Of a stretch of DNA of 64,000 nt, positions 1 to 8,573 are shown one piece after another. Numbering within the stretch: position 1 is the first letter of the stretch; each line of letters opens with the position of its first letter. Location: positions 1,472,001 to 1,536,000 of the forward strand of contig OZ242220.1 of assembly GCA_965206745.1 (NCBI GenBank). Reading direction: 5' to 3'. Made by a program: the position numbers and the translations under genes. Under the pieces are notes generated by a model. The model saw only the letters and a list, made by a program, of their open reading frames with translations. It was not told the DNA's origin and did not search any database. This DNA comes from Nitrosopumilus sp. (GTDB lineage Archaea > Thermoproteota > Nitrososphaeria > Nitrososphaerales > Nitrosopumilaceae).

Positions 1-432
1 GTGGGACTTTACAGAGACCTGCATCTTCATCGATTCCAGGGTACACACTACATCCCCCTGCTTTACTGCATCCCCCTCTGAGACAGATATTGATACGACC
101 TTGCCAGGAATCTGGCTCTTCAATGCCAGCTGCGCACTGCCGCTGCTAGCGCCGCCGGAGTTTTTGTAGACAATTTTGTCAAAGTGGGTGTGACGGTTGA
201 TAATAATTGGAACGTTGTCAATTACGATGCTCATCTCGTTTGTGGACTCGTCAAGGTATTTTGCCCTGTGATATTTCTGGTCCAGGATAAACTCGATTCC
301 CTTGGAATCCATCGTTATGATTTTCAGTGAATGCTCGTCATCGTCAATCTTGATTGTATACTGGTTGTCCCCCAGATTCTCCACAATCCTTCCCTCAAAT
401 GATCTTTCAATGTCTTGTATCTTGTAGTTCAT
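1..432 (-). CDS. accB: Biotin carboxyl carrier subunit of acetyl-/propionyl-CoA carboxylase (3' end runs off the window)
   Basis: Not in the ORF track; read manually from ATG at 432: MNYKIQDIERSFEG...LKSQIPGKVVSISVSEGDAVKQGDVVCTLESMKMQVSVKSH. Contains the ESMKM biotinylation motif and starts 5 bp after the biotin carboxylase stop. Confidence 0.93.
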   Translation of the reverse strand, partial: MNYKIQDIERSFEGRIVENLGDNQYTIKIDDDEHSLKIITMDSKGIEFILDQKYHRAKYLDESTNEMSIVIDNVPIIINRHTHFDKIVYKNSGGASSGSAQLALKSQIPGKVVSISVSEGDAVKQGDVVCTLESMKMQVSVKSH

Positions 433-437
433 CTTTA

Positions 438-1925
438 TCAATCCAACTTGTACTTCCAGTTTGAGTTGCCAGCGGCACTGTCTTGCACCCTGCTCCTAAA
501 GTATTCAGAGTGAATTATGGCAGCTGCCAGAGCAGCCGTGCTCTTTTCCTCTTTTTCGCTCTTTAGGTCCTCAGTCAGCCTGTCAATCATCCCATAGCGC
601 TTCAAGAAATCAGTGGTGAGATCCCCGTTTTTGTATTCATCAGAGTTTAGAATCGTTTTGTACAGCGGAATCGAGGTCTCAACGCCCTGAATGTAAAAGT
701 CATCTAGCGCCGAAAGCATCCTGGTTCTTGATTCCTCGAATGTCTGCCCCCAGGTGACTAGTTTGGCCATCAGCGAGTCATAAAACGGCGAGACGGTGCA
801 TCCCGGATACAGGTAGGTATCGCACCTTACACCGGGCCCTGCAGGAATTCTCACATCAGGTACGGGCCCTGTGGAGGGGGCAAAGTCCAGAAAGGTGTCC
901 TCTGCATTGATTCGGCACTCTATTGCATACCCGTTCATCTTGAGATCACTTTGCTTGAACGGTATTGCCTCCCCGTTTGCAATGTCTAGTTGCAGTTTTA
1001 CCAGATCCAGTCCCGAGACAAACTCTGTGATCGGGTGCTCCACTTGCAGCCTTGCATTAATCTCTATAAAGTAAAATTCGCCATCATCGGCCCTTAGAAA
1101 TTCAGCAGTTCCAAGATTGGTATACCCTACAGCATCAGCTGCCCTACAAACTGATTGGCCCACGCGCGCCCTTGTCTCCTCATCGACGATTGGTGAGGGG
1201 GTCTGTTCGATTAGCTTTTGGTTGCGCCTTTGAATGGAGCACTCCCTCTCAAAGATATGTACAGTGTTGCCGTGCGTGTCCCTTGCAAACTGGTACTCGA
1301 TGTGCCGTGTCTTTTCTAGGAACTTTTCCACAATGATTGCAGACTTGCCTACTGCGGCAATGGATTCGCCGGTGACTGACTCGTATCCGTCACGCAACTC
1401 CTGGTCATTGGTGACGATTCTAATTCCCCTGCCCCCGCCTCCGTAGACGGACTTTAGCATTACAGGGTATCCTATGTCATTTGCAATCTTTTCTGCATCA
1501 TCTGCATCCTTTACCAGGCCCGGACTACCTGGAACTGTCGGGACGTCTGCCCCAAGCATCGCTGCCTTGCACTTCATCTTGTCCCCACAGAGATTCATGG
1601 ATTCTGCAGTAGGACCAATAAAGGTGATCTTGTTCTTTTCACACAGGCTTGCAAAGTCGTCATTTTCAGATAGAAAGCCGTATCCGGGATGTACAGAGTC
1701 GGCACCGGATGCAAGCATCACCTCGAGGATCTTCTCTTGGTTAAGGTACGACTTTGCAGGCGAGGCCTCCCCGATATGGTATGCCTCAGTTGCCTGCTTG
1801 ACATGCATCGAGTTGTAATCCTCATCAGAGTATACAGCAACAGTCTTGATTCCAAGTGCCCTGCACGTTCGAATTACGCGCAGCGCGATCTCTCCCCGGT
1901 TTGCGATGAGTACTTTTTCAATCAT
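438..1925 (-). CDS. accC: Biotin carboxylase subunit of acetyl-/propionyl-CoA carboxylase
   Basis: KVLIANRGEIA, HPGYGFLSEN, GGGGRG, ERECSIQRRNQK and EINARLQVEH motifs of ATP-grasp biotin carboxylases. Confidence 0.97.
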   Translation of the reverse strand: MIEKVLIANRGEIALRVIRTCRALGIKTVAVYSDEDYNSMHVKQATEAYHIGEASPAKSYLNQEKILEVMLASGADSVHPGYGFLSENDDFASLCEKNKITFIGPTAESMNLCGDKMKCKAAMLGADVPTVPGSPGLVKDADDAEKIANDIGYPVMLKSVYGGGGRGIRIVTNDQELRDGYESVTGESIAAVGKSAIIVEKFLEKTRHIEYQFARDTHGNTVHIFERECSIQRRNQKLIEQTPSPIVDEETRARVGQSVCRAADAVGYTNLGTAEFLRADDGEFYFIEINARLQVEHPITEFVSGLDLVKLQLDIANGEAIPFKQSDLKMNGYAIECRINAEDTFLDFAPSTGPVPDVRIPAGPGVRCDTYLYPGCTVSPFYDSLMAKLVTWGQTFEESRTRMLSALDDFYIQGVETSIPLYKTILNSDEYKNGDLTTDFLKRYGMIDRLTEDLKSEKEEKSTAALAAAIIHSEYFRSRVQDSAAGNSNWKYKLD

Positions 1926-1931
1926 TTTTAA

Positions 1932-3479
1932 TCACAAGTTGATATTTCCATGCTTTCTTGGCAGTTGTTTTGAACGTTTGTTCTCAAGCATCTCAAGGGC
2001 CTTAATCAGCATAGGCCTCGTCTGGGCAGGATCAATTACGTTATCTACGGTTCCATGGGATGCTGCAACGTAGGGATTTTCAAATTTTTCTGCAAACTCG
2101 TCGATGAGCTGCTTTTTGAGCACTTCAGCATCATCGGACTTTTTGAGGTCCTTTCTGTACATTATCTTCACTGCTGCCTCCCCGCCCAAAACTGCGCATC
2201 TGGCAGTAGGCCACGCATAGTTGACATCAGTCCTGAGATTCTTGCTTCCCATTGCAATGTATGCCCCGCCGTATGCCTTGCCAATCACCAAGGTGATTCT
2301 CGGTACCGTAGCCTCACAGTATGCGTAAAGCAGCTTGCTGCCGTGTCTGATGATGCCGTTGTGCTCCTGGTTGGAGCCGGGCATGTATCCGGGCGTGTCC
2401 ACCAGGGTAATCAGTGAGATGTTAAATGCGTCACAGAATCGGATGAACCTGGCTGCCTTGTTTGATGAGTCAATGTCAAGTGCCCCTGCAAGGTGTATCG
2501 GCTGGTTTGCAACGATTCCCACCGCGCGGCCGTTCATCCTTCCAAAGCCGACTATAATGTTTTGGGCAAACAGCTCGTGGACCTCAAAGAACTCGTGATC
2601 ATCGACAATCGAGTTAATAATCTCCTTCATGTCGTATGGCTGCAGCGGGTTTTCCGGAATGATGTTAATCAGGTTATGATCCATTCTGTTTGGGTCATCG
2701 CCTGCTTTGACTTTGGGCGGTGCCTCTGAGTTGTTTTGAGGCAGAAACGAGATTAATCTTTTGATGTAATCCATGCACTGATACTCGTTCTGAGCTACAA
2801 AGTGCGCCACCCCGCTTTTTGTTCCATGCGTCATTGCCCCGCCGAGATCATCAAAGGAGATCTCCTCGCCCAACACAGTCTTGACCACGTCAGGTCCGGT
2901 AACAAACATGGTTCCCACCTTTTCGACCATGATTACAAAGTCAGTCATTGCAGGAGAGTAGACAGAGCCGCCTGCAGACGGGCCGACACTTGCAGTGATT
3001 TGCGGGACCACGCCGGAGGCAAGCTGGTTGTGATAGAATATGTCTGCAAACCCGTCAAGACTCATGATGCCCTCCTGGATTCGGGCCCCGCCGGAATCCA
3101 TTATTCCAATTATGGGGCATCCGGTTTGAACTGCGTGATCCATGAGTTTACAGATCTTTTTGGCGCCCATCTGGCTTAGTGTTCCGCCAAGTACGGTAAA
3201 ATCATAGGCAAAGACAAAGACCTGCCTTCCGTTTACGTTTCCGTATCCGCCCACGACGCCGTCTGTGAAGAACTTTTTCTTCTGCATGTCATACTCGTGG
3301 TAGTGATGTGTGGTTAATGGATCAATCTCAGTAAAGGTGCCCTCGTCAACTAGCAGGTCGATTCTCTCACGGGCAGTCAGCTTTCCCTTCTCATGCTGGG
3401 CTCTGATTCTATCCTGACCGCCCCCTTGTAATGCCTCGTTATTCTTTTTAGTATATCCTTCAATCTTTTCAGAATGCAC
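1932..3479 (-). CDS. pccB: Carboxyltransferase subunit of acetyl-/propionyl-CoA carboxylase (PccB-type; 3-hydroxypropionate/4-hydroxybutyrate cycle)
   Basis: GKLTARERI, DSGGARIQEG, VDTPGYMPG, KAYGGAY and KHGNINL motifs. GTG start; first gene of a tight three-gene operon. Confidence 0.95.
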   Translation of the reverse strand: MHSEKIEGYTKKNNEALQGGGQDRIRAQHEKGKLTARERIDLLVDEGTFTEIDPLTTHHYHEYDMQKKKFFTDGVVGGYGNVNGRQVFVFAYDFTVLGGTLSQMGAKKICKLMDHAVQTGCPIIGIMDSGGARIQEGIMSLDGFADIFYHNQLASGVVPQITASVGPSAGGSVYSPAMTDFVIMVEKVGTMFVTGPDVVKTVLGEEISFDDLGGAMTHGTKSGVAHFVAQNEYQCMDYIKRLISFLPQNNSEAPPKVKAGDDPNRMDHNLINIIPENPLQPYDMKEIINSIVDDHEFFEVHELFAQNIIVGFGRMNGRAVGIVANQPIHLAGALDIDSSNKAARFIRFCDAFNISLITLVDTPGYMPGSNQEHNGIIRHGSKLLYAYCEATVPRITLVIGKAYGGAYIAMGSKNLRTDVNYAWPTARCAVLGGEAAVKIMYRKDLKKSDDAEVLKKQLIDEFAEKFENPYVAASHGTVDNVIDPAQTRPMLIKALEMLENKRSKQLPRKHGNINL

Positions 3480-3504
3480 TGTATTCTAAGCCATGATGGT
3501 TTCC

Positions 3505-3512
3505 TATATTAA
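3505..3512 (-). promoter_or_regulatory. Probable archaeal TATA box (TTAATATA) of the carboxylase operon
   Basis: Lies 26-33 nt upstream of the GTG at 3479, the spacing expected for a leaderless archaeal transcript. Confidence 0.55.
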
Positions 3513-3580
3513 TTTAGTTTGGGAATATCAACTGGCAGGATTTTCAGAAAGGATCAACTGGTACTGTCTTGGTTTTGATC

Positions 3581-3892
3581 CTAAGAGTTGAGGATTGGGA
3601 ACTTTTTGTTTGTGGATTTCCGGTAAGAGTCAAAGGCGTCCCTCTCCTCGCTGCACCTCTTGCAGATGCACAATTGTGAGACGTTTGGAATGTCGCATAT
3701 CTCCTGGAATTCGCACTGGGCGCAGCCAGCAGGTGCGCCGCATACGATACACTGCAGTTGATCAGTCTGGGCACATTTTTCATGTTTGACGCCTACGCCT
3801 TTGGCCCACAAGCCGACCTCGTTGACTGGGATCTTCCCGTTACATACGATGCAGATGCCGGGAAACTTCATGGGGATCTTCCTCCAGCTCAT
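3581..3892 (-). CDS. Cys-rich putative multi-zinc-finger protein (103 aa, 11 Cys)
   Basis: Likely start is MSWRKIPMKF at 3892, which overlaps the rfcL stop as ATGA. Contains CxxC...HxxC, CxxC, CxxC and CxCxxC clusters. The track start at 3994 lies inside rfcL. Confidence 0.8.
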   Translation of the reverse strand: MSWRKIPMKFPGICIVCNGKIPVNEVGLWAKGVGVKHEKCAQTDQLQCIVCGAPAGCAQCEFQEICDIPNVSQLCICKRCSEERDAFDSYRKSTNKKFPILNS

Positions 3893-5046
3893 CGTATCAG
3901 CTCGATCTCCTTTTGGATTATATCGCCAAATGTCTCCTCCAACTCCAACTCGAGTGCCTTGTTCTTGATGCAGAGCAGGACAAATGGCAGGCACAGGGTC
4001 ACAAAGGAGCTGGAAGACAGGTGCAGTCTCTTTGCCATTACAGATGACAGTGATTTTATTTTTGCGCCATCCCAGCGAATTCTGTTAAGCAAAGGCCACG
4101 ACAGGTTGTACTGAGCATACCGGATCCTGTCATCTTTTTGGTACAATTTAATCAGAATATCATTCAGATATCGGAGCAGTCTCCAGTTCTGCGTCCTCAT
4201 TATTTTCCCAAAGAGCATGTCTGCATCAGATATCGTCTCCAGGTATTTTGCAAGGCTTGCACCGTCCAACTCGCTGGTGATGATGCTGGAATAAAACGCG
4301 TTGATCTTCTCCCTGGGATCAATCTGCATCGAGTAGAGGACGCTTCTAGCTTCATCAACAGAGTTTGCCTTGAAGAAGGCATTTACGCCCTCCTCGACAT
4401 TGACACTCTCAAAAGACTGGTCTGTCTGCGGGTTGAATCCCGTAACTAGGGACTGTGCAAGGTTTATCATCGAACGAATATCACCCTTTGACTTGTCAAT
4501 GACCTTGATTAGTGCGCCCGGACTTAGTTTTGCACCTTGTCTTTTCAGGATGTCCTCAAGATACACCCTTAGCAGTCTCGGGGGAATTCTTTTGAGCGTG
4601 ACTGTCTTGACTGCCTTTTTGACGCCCTTCATCTTGTCAGATGCATCAGAGTTTGCAGCAAGAAGAATCGGTACTGTGGGTTCCTTTAGAATCTCAACGA
4701 GTGCTGATGCGCCACCATAGTCGCCCCTGCCATGAATTCCATCGACCTCATCAACGAAGATCATCGGGGCTCCCATGACGCTCACATTTCCCAAAACGGG
4801 CATCAGAATCTCGTTGATTCGCGACTTGCTTCGGACGTCACTGGCATTTAGTCCGATCATGTCGTATCCGAACTGTTTTGCAAGAATGTATGCGATAGTG
4901 GTCTTTCCGATTCCGGGGGAGCCGACTAGGAGCAGCGGCTTTGTGCCTTTCTTCCACTTGACAAACCATTCGGTGATGGCTGCGCGCGCCTCCTCGTTTC
5001 CCACCATCTCAGAGGTTGCCTGAGGACGGTATTTTTCAGACCACAT
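3889..5046 (-). CDS. rfcL: Replication factor C large subunit (clamp-loader AAA+ ATPase)
   Basis: WSEKYRP (RFC box II), Walker A GSPGIGKTT, LNASDVR, Walker B IFVDEVDG and GDIRSMIN. Start placed at MWSEK (5046) to avoid overlap with the upstream gene. Confidence 0.9.
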   Translation of the reverse strand: MWSEKYRPQATSEMVGNEEARAAITEWFVKWKKGTKPLLLVGSPGIGKTTIAYILAKQFGYDMIGLNASDVRSKSRINEILMPVLGNVSVMGAPMIFVDEVDGIHGRGDYGGASALVEILKEPTVPILLAANSDASDKMKGVKKAVKTVTLKRIPPRLLRVYLEDILKRQGAKLSPGALIKVIDKSKGDIRSMINLAQSLVTGFNPQTDQSFESVNVEEGVNAFFKANSVDEARSVLYSMQIDPREKINAFYSSIITSELDGASLAKYLETISDADMLFGKIMRTQNWRLLRYLNDILIKLYQKDDRIRYAQYNLSWPLLNRIRWDGAKIKSLSSVMAKRLHLSSSSFVTLCLPFVLLCIKNKALELELEETFGDIIQKEIELIR

Positions 5047-5054
5047 CAATGCAG

Positions 5055-6173
5055 TTACTTCCTTGGAAGCTTGGAGTGGTACTCGGACCATCTGCCTGCC
5101 TTGTTGAGCTTGTTAAACCAGTATTGATTGTAATGCTCCACGCTGAGAAATAGAAACTCTAGGAATTCCTTGTGTGAAAAGTCATCAGGTAGCAGGTCAA
5201 GTGCAAGCCTTGCATCCTGCAGATACAGACTGCTCTTCTCAAGGGTCACTTCAAATCCCTTCTTCACATCATCTGCCAGCAGGGAATAGTAGAGTGGCCA
5301 GGAGGGAATTTTTACGAATCCGTTCTTGATGGAATCCTCAATCTCGTTTCCGCATCCGACGCCTTCAGCAGCTCGTGCCATGCCAAGGTAAAAGATCTCG
5401 CCTAAGGGCCTCTCTGCCAGGGCCATGTTTCTGCCGGCAGTTCCCATCACTGCGCGGTATTTTTTGTAAGATAGCGTCATCTCCTCCTCTGTAATCTCAG
5501 TCGGTTTTGATTTTAGTTTCTCATCAAGGTACTGTCCTACTCTGGCATCTGCAAATCCTGCCTCGAACTCTTTTAAAACCTGCGGTCCGCCCTTTGAGAT
5601 CTTTTCTCTGGCCAATCTCAGAATGTACGGGTTCATCAGTTTATAGTCATCAAGAAATTCCAAATCCTCGTCCTTGTCGACGATTCTGTCCATGGGTTCG
5701 CTGAGGTCTATTGCAAGCATGTGTCCCTCAACTACATCCTGCTTTAGCTTGGGATCGTTTCTGCCAGAGTATTGCGCTGCTGCATCAAACAATCCGTTAA
5801 ACACGGGAAATGTCATCTTTACAAAGTTTGAGTTCAGGATGCGGTTAACCCTATCCTGCATTACATCCGGGCTCTCCAACTTTGACTTTATGGGCCCAAT
5901 TTCAGAGGCACCTAGGATAATCTCAGTGGAGCCTATCTCGTTGCCAAAGGCCTGCTGGGTCGCATTTGGATCAGCATCGGATTTTATCTCATGGAGCAGT
6001 CCCTGGGCAAATCTTTGTGCAAAGTCTGGGAACTGTTCCTCAGTCTCCTCCTTGTACTTGTTGAATAGTTTGTAGCCCTTGGATTTGAAGAGGGCCTGCT
6101 TTATGATCTGCTTTCCGGGTTTTGTGCTCATCAAAGCCTCTCTGCTAGTTACAGACTGATCTTTGCCGCTCAC
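5055..6173 (-). CDS. Hypothetical protein (372 aa), probably helical; possible class I isoprenoid-synthase-like fold
   Basis: Long ORF with GTG start, ending 8 bp before rfcL. The motifs DRIVD, GQYLD, VMGTAG and LGMA...ED...G...IP are only suggestive of the fold. Confidence 0.75.
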   Translation of the reverse strand: MSGKDQSVTSREALMSTKPGKQIIKQALFKSKGYKLFNKYKEETEEQFPDFAQRFAQGLLHEIKSDADPNATQQAFGNEIGSTEIILGASEIGPIKSKLESPDVMQDRVNRILNSNFVKMTFPVFNGLFDAAAQYSGRNDPKLKQDVVEGHMLAIDLSEPMDRIVDKDEDLEFLDDYKLMNPYILRLAREKISKGGPQVLKEFEAGFADARVGQYLDEKLKSKPTEITEEEMTLSYKKYRAVMGTAGRNMALAERPLGEIFYLGMARAAEGVGCGNEIEDSIKNGFVKIPSWPLYYSLLADDVKKGFEVTLEKSSLYLQDARLALDLLPDDFSHKEFLEFLFLSVEHYNQYWFNKLNKAGRWSEYHSKLPRK

Positions 6174-6256
6174 AACCGTTGATCCTTCTTGTTGTTATTT
6201 ATGCTTTCAAGGCAAATGCTTTCTTCACTTAAATTACGAGTGATTAGTTTTGCAAC
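6174..6256. promoter_or_regulatory. Divergent promoter region with two TATA-like boxes
   Basis: AT-rich 83-bp spacer. ATAAATAA on the minus strand (6195-6202) precedes the 6173 start; TTAAAT on the plus strand (6229-6234) precedes the 6257 start. Confidence 0.5.
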
Positions 6257-7054
6257 ATGCAAGTCATTGAAGTTCTCCGCGAGGCCTCAGCGAGGATTTA
6301 TGAGAACGTAAAGGATCTTGCAGGAACAGAGAATGCAGCAGGTGATTTCGGCATCGGTGCAGGGGGAGATGTCTCACGAAACATAGACATGATTGCAGAA
6401 AAGACTGTTTTGGATTATCTCAGAGAGATTAATTTTGAGTGCATAGTTTTAGGCGAGGAGTGCGGCAGAGTAGAGTTATCAGAAAAGCCAAGGGGGTTTG
6501 TCATAATGGATGCAATTGATGGCTCTGCAAACGCAGTAAGGGGGGTTCCTTTCTTCTGCAGTTCTCTGGCATTTGCAACACAGGAGAAGCTCAGCTCGAT
6601 TACAGACGGCGTCATCACCGACCTCTCAAACGGGGAGACGTACTGGGCATCAGAGAGTGGGGGCGCATTTTTCAATGATAAGCAGATCAGTGTGTGCAAG
6701 GAGGATCCAATCTACAAGATAGTCGGAATCAACACATCTGGCGCCTCCGTCGAGCTGATAAACAAGCTGCACCCGATATTTGAGAACTATAATCAGGTGA
6801 GGCATTTTGGGGCAAATGCCCTTGAGATGGCAATGTTTGCAAGGGGACTGATAGATGTCTTTATTGACTTTAGGGGCAAGATTAGAATCCAAGATATTGC
6901 TGCAGGCTACCTGATTGTAAAAGAGGCCGGCGGGTTGCTGCTAGATGCAGATTTGAATCCCCTTGATGCAGATCTGAGCTACGGTACAAGGGTCTCATTT
7001 ATTGCAGCTGCAAATCAGGGGATTCTCGATGAGATAATCTCGCAGATCAGCTAA
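6257..7054 (+). CDS. Inositol monophosphatase / fructose-1,6-bisphosphatase (archaeal IMPase/FBPase family)
   Basis: GAGGD, LGEE, MDAIDGSANA (DPIDGT-like), RHFGANALE and DIAAGYLIVKEAGG motifs. Confidence 0.9.
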   Translation: MQVIEVLREASARIYENVKDLAGTENAAGDFGIGAGGDVSRNIDMIAEKTVLDYLREINFECIVLGEECGRVELSEKPRGFVIMDAIDGSANAVRGVPFFCSSLAFATQEKLSSITDGVITDLSNGETYWASESGGAFFNDKQISVCKEDPIYKIVGINTSGASVELINKLHPIFENYNQVRHFGANALEMAMFARGLIDVFIDFRGKIRIQDIAAGYLIVKEAGGLLLDADLNPLDADLSYGTRVSFIAAANQGILDEIISQIS

Positions 7055-7069
7055 GAGAAATATATTTAA
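7055..7069 (+). promoter_or_regulatory. Probable BRE and TATA box (GAGAAA-TATATTTAA) for the ferredoxin-NADP reductase gene
   Basis: Purine-rich element followed by a TATA-like sequence 26-34 nt upstream of ATG 7095. Confidence 0.5.
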
Positions 7070-7094
7070 CCAAAGTCAGGAAAAAGCTTCTTGT

Positions 7095-7937
7095 ATGGTA
7101 ACTGAGATGAAGGCAAAGGTCGTCTATAGGGAGTTGCTAAAGGAGGATCTGGTGATCATCAGACTGGTCCCAGAAAAAGGAATGCCAGATTACAAGACAG
7201 GACAATTTTTGACAATAGGTCTTCCGATTCCCGCAGAGAAGAAGATTGTCAGAAGGGCATACTCTATTGCATCGCATCCGGAGAACAGGGACTATTTTGA
7301 GTTTGTAATTAGGTGGGTGAGAAAGCCGCTTCCAGGCCGCGTGACTACAGAGTTGTTTTATCTAAGTGTCGGCGACGAGGTCTCCCTCGGTGATCCGACT
7401 GGAGCCGCATTGCAAATCAGTGACAAGTTGTCCAAAGGGCAAAAAGACAACAGGAGGGTGATCTGCGTAGGAGGCGGTACGGGATTGGCACCGTTTATTG
7501 CATTTGCAAAACACTTTCACGATACCAATGATAAGCGAGAGGTCATAGTTTTGCACGGTGCAAGCTATGTAGATGAGCTAAGCTACAAGCGACTGTTGAC
7601 GGATTTGGAATTAGAAAGCGAGAGCAGGGGAAGGGACAAGTGGAATTTCAGGTACAGGGCCGCAATCAGCAGACCAAAGGAATTCTTCAACAGAACCTGG
7701 AACGGCCACGTAGGCAGGGTCGAATCGTTCTTCAAGCCAGATAAGAAATCAGGACTCTCACCGGTGGAGGAGATGGTAGGCGAGGAACTGACCCCGGAAA
7801 ATACCATCGTCTACATTTGCGGATATCAGGGGACCATTGACGGGGTAATAGAATGCCTTGGTCCAAAGGGTTTTGTTACCGAGCATGAGAAAAAACCAGA
7901 CGGAAGCTTTGGGATAAAGTTTGAATCATACGGATAA
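7095..7937 (+). CDS. Ferredoxin-NADP+ reductase (FNR/Fpr family flavoprotein)
   Basis: GQFLTIG, RRAYSIAS (FAD-binding RxYS), GGGTGLAPF, YICG and terminal FESYG. Confidence 0.9.
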   Translation: MVTEMKAKVVYRELLKEDLVIIRLVPEKGMPDYKTGQFLTIGLPIPAEKKIVRRAYSIASHPENRDYFEFVIRWVRKPLPGRVTTELFYLSVGDEVSLGDPTGAALQISDKLSKGQKDNRRVICVGGGTGLAPFIAFAKHFHDTNDKREVIVLHGASYVDELSYKRLLTDLELESESRGRDKWNFRYRAAISRPKEFFNRTWNGHVGRVESFFKPDKKSGLSPVEEMVGEELTPENTIVYICGYQGTIDGVIECLGPKGFVTEHEKKPDGSFGIKFESYG

Positions 7938-8391
7938 ATAATTTAAAAATGCCAGAATCCTCATTTGGGCATATTCTGACTGGTTTGTCAGTTCCTTGAT
8001 TAAAAGTTCAGAGAGTGGTTTTTAAGATTGCCTCAAAAAAATTCCCCAGTACAGTTTGTGTCTCTCAGCAATGACTGTACAATCTTGGAAATTCAGATGT
8101 GGATCTTGCTATGATTCAGGATTACCCATTTGGACCAAAAGATATCTTAGATATTGCAGAGTGACAAGGACTCTTATTTGCATCGTACTGTCTGCAAAGC
8201 CAATCTGCATCTTGACAGTGTTGGATCATCACATGAGATCAGCCATGCATGATGTCACAGTGGCAATGCACATCAGGGTAAAGTATCGTTGATTCTCAAA
8301 ACCCGGGATGCGGTGGCTAGTCGGAGAATGGCACCATCAGAACTCTTGTTCGTACATGTGGATTTTTATATTGATTATTTTTCACCAAAAT

Positions 8392-8559
8392 ATGGCAAAA
8401 CTCAAGTGCAGTGATTACGGGTTTGAGTGTGATTTTATTGTCGAAGGCGAGAGGGATTCAGTCATTGACGACTTTAGAACCCACACTGAAGAGGTGCACG
8501 GAATAGACTATTCCAAGGAAGCAGTCATGCAGTTTCTCCTAAGAAAGCAGGGACTGTAA
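8392..8559 (+). CDS. Small metal-binding protein, DUF1059-like (55 aa)
   Basis: MAKLKCSDYGFECDF...HTEEVHG matches the CxDxGxxC...HxxxxHG pattern. A TTTATA box at 8365-8370 supports ATG 8392 over the track start at 8308. Confidence 0.85.
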   Translation: MAKLKCSDYGFECDFIVEGERDSVIDDFRTHTEEVHGIDYSKEAVMQFLLRKQGL

Positions 8560-8573
8560 CGAAATTACACCTC

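Noticed and set aside
8056-8292. 78-aa plus-strand ORF between the FNR and DUF1059 genes
   Set aside because: No recognisable motif or clear promoter. It may be non-coding or a decayed gene and cannot be supported from sequence alone.
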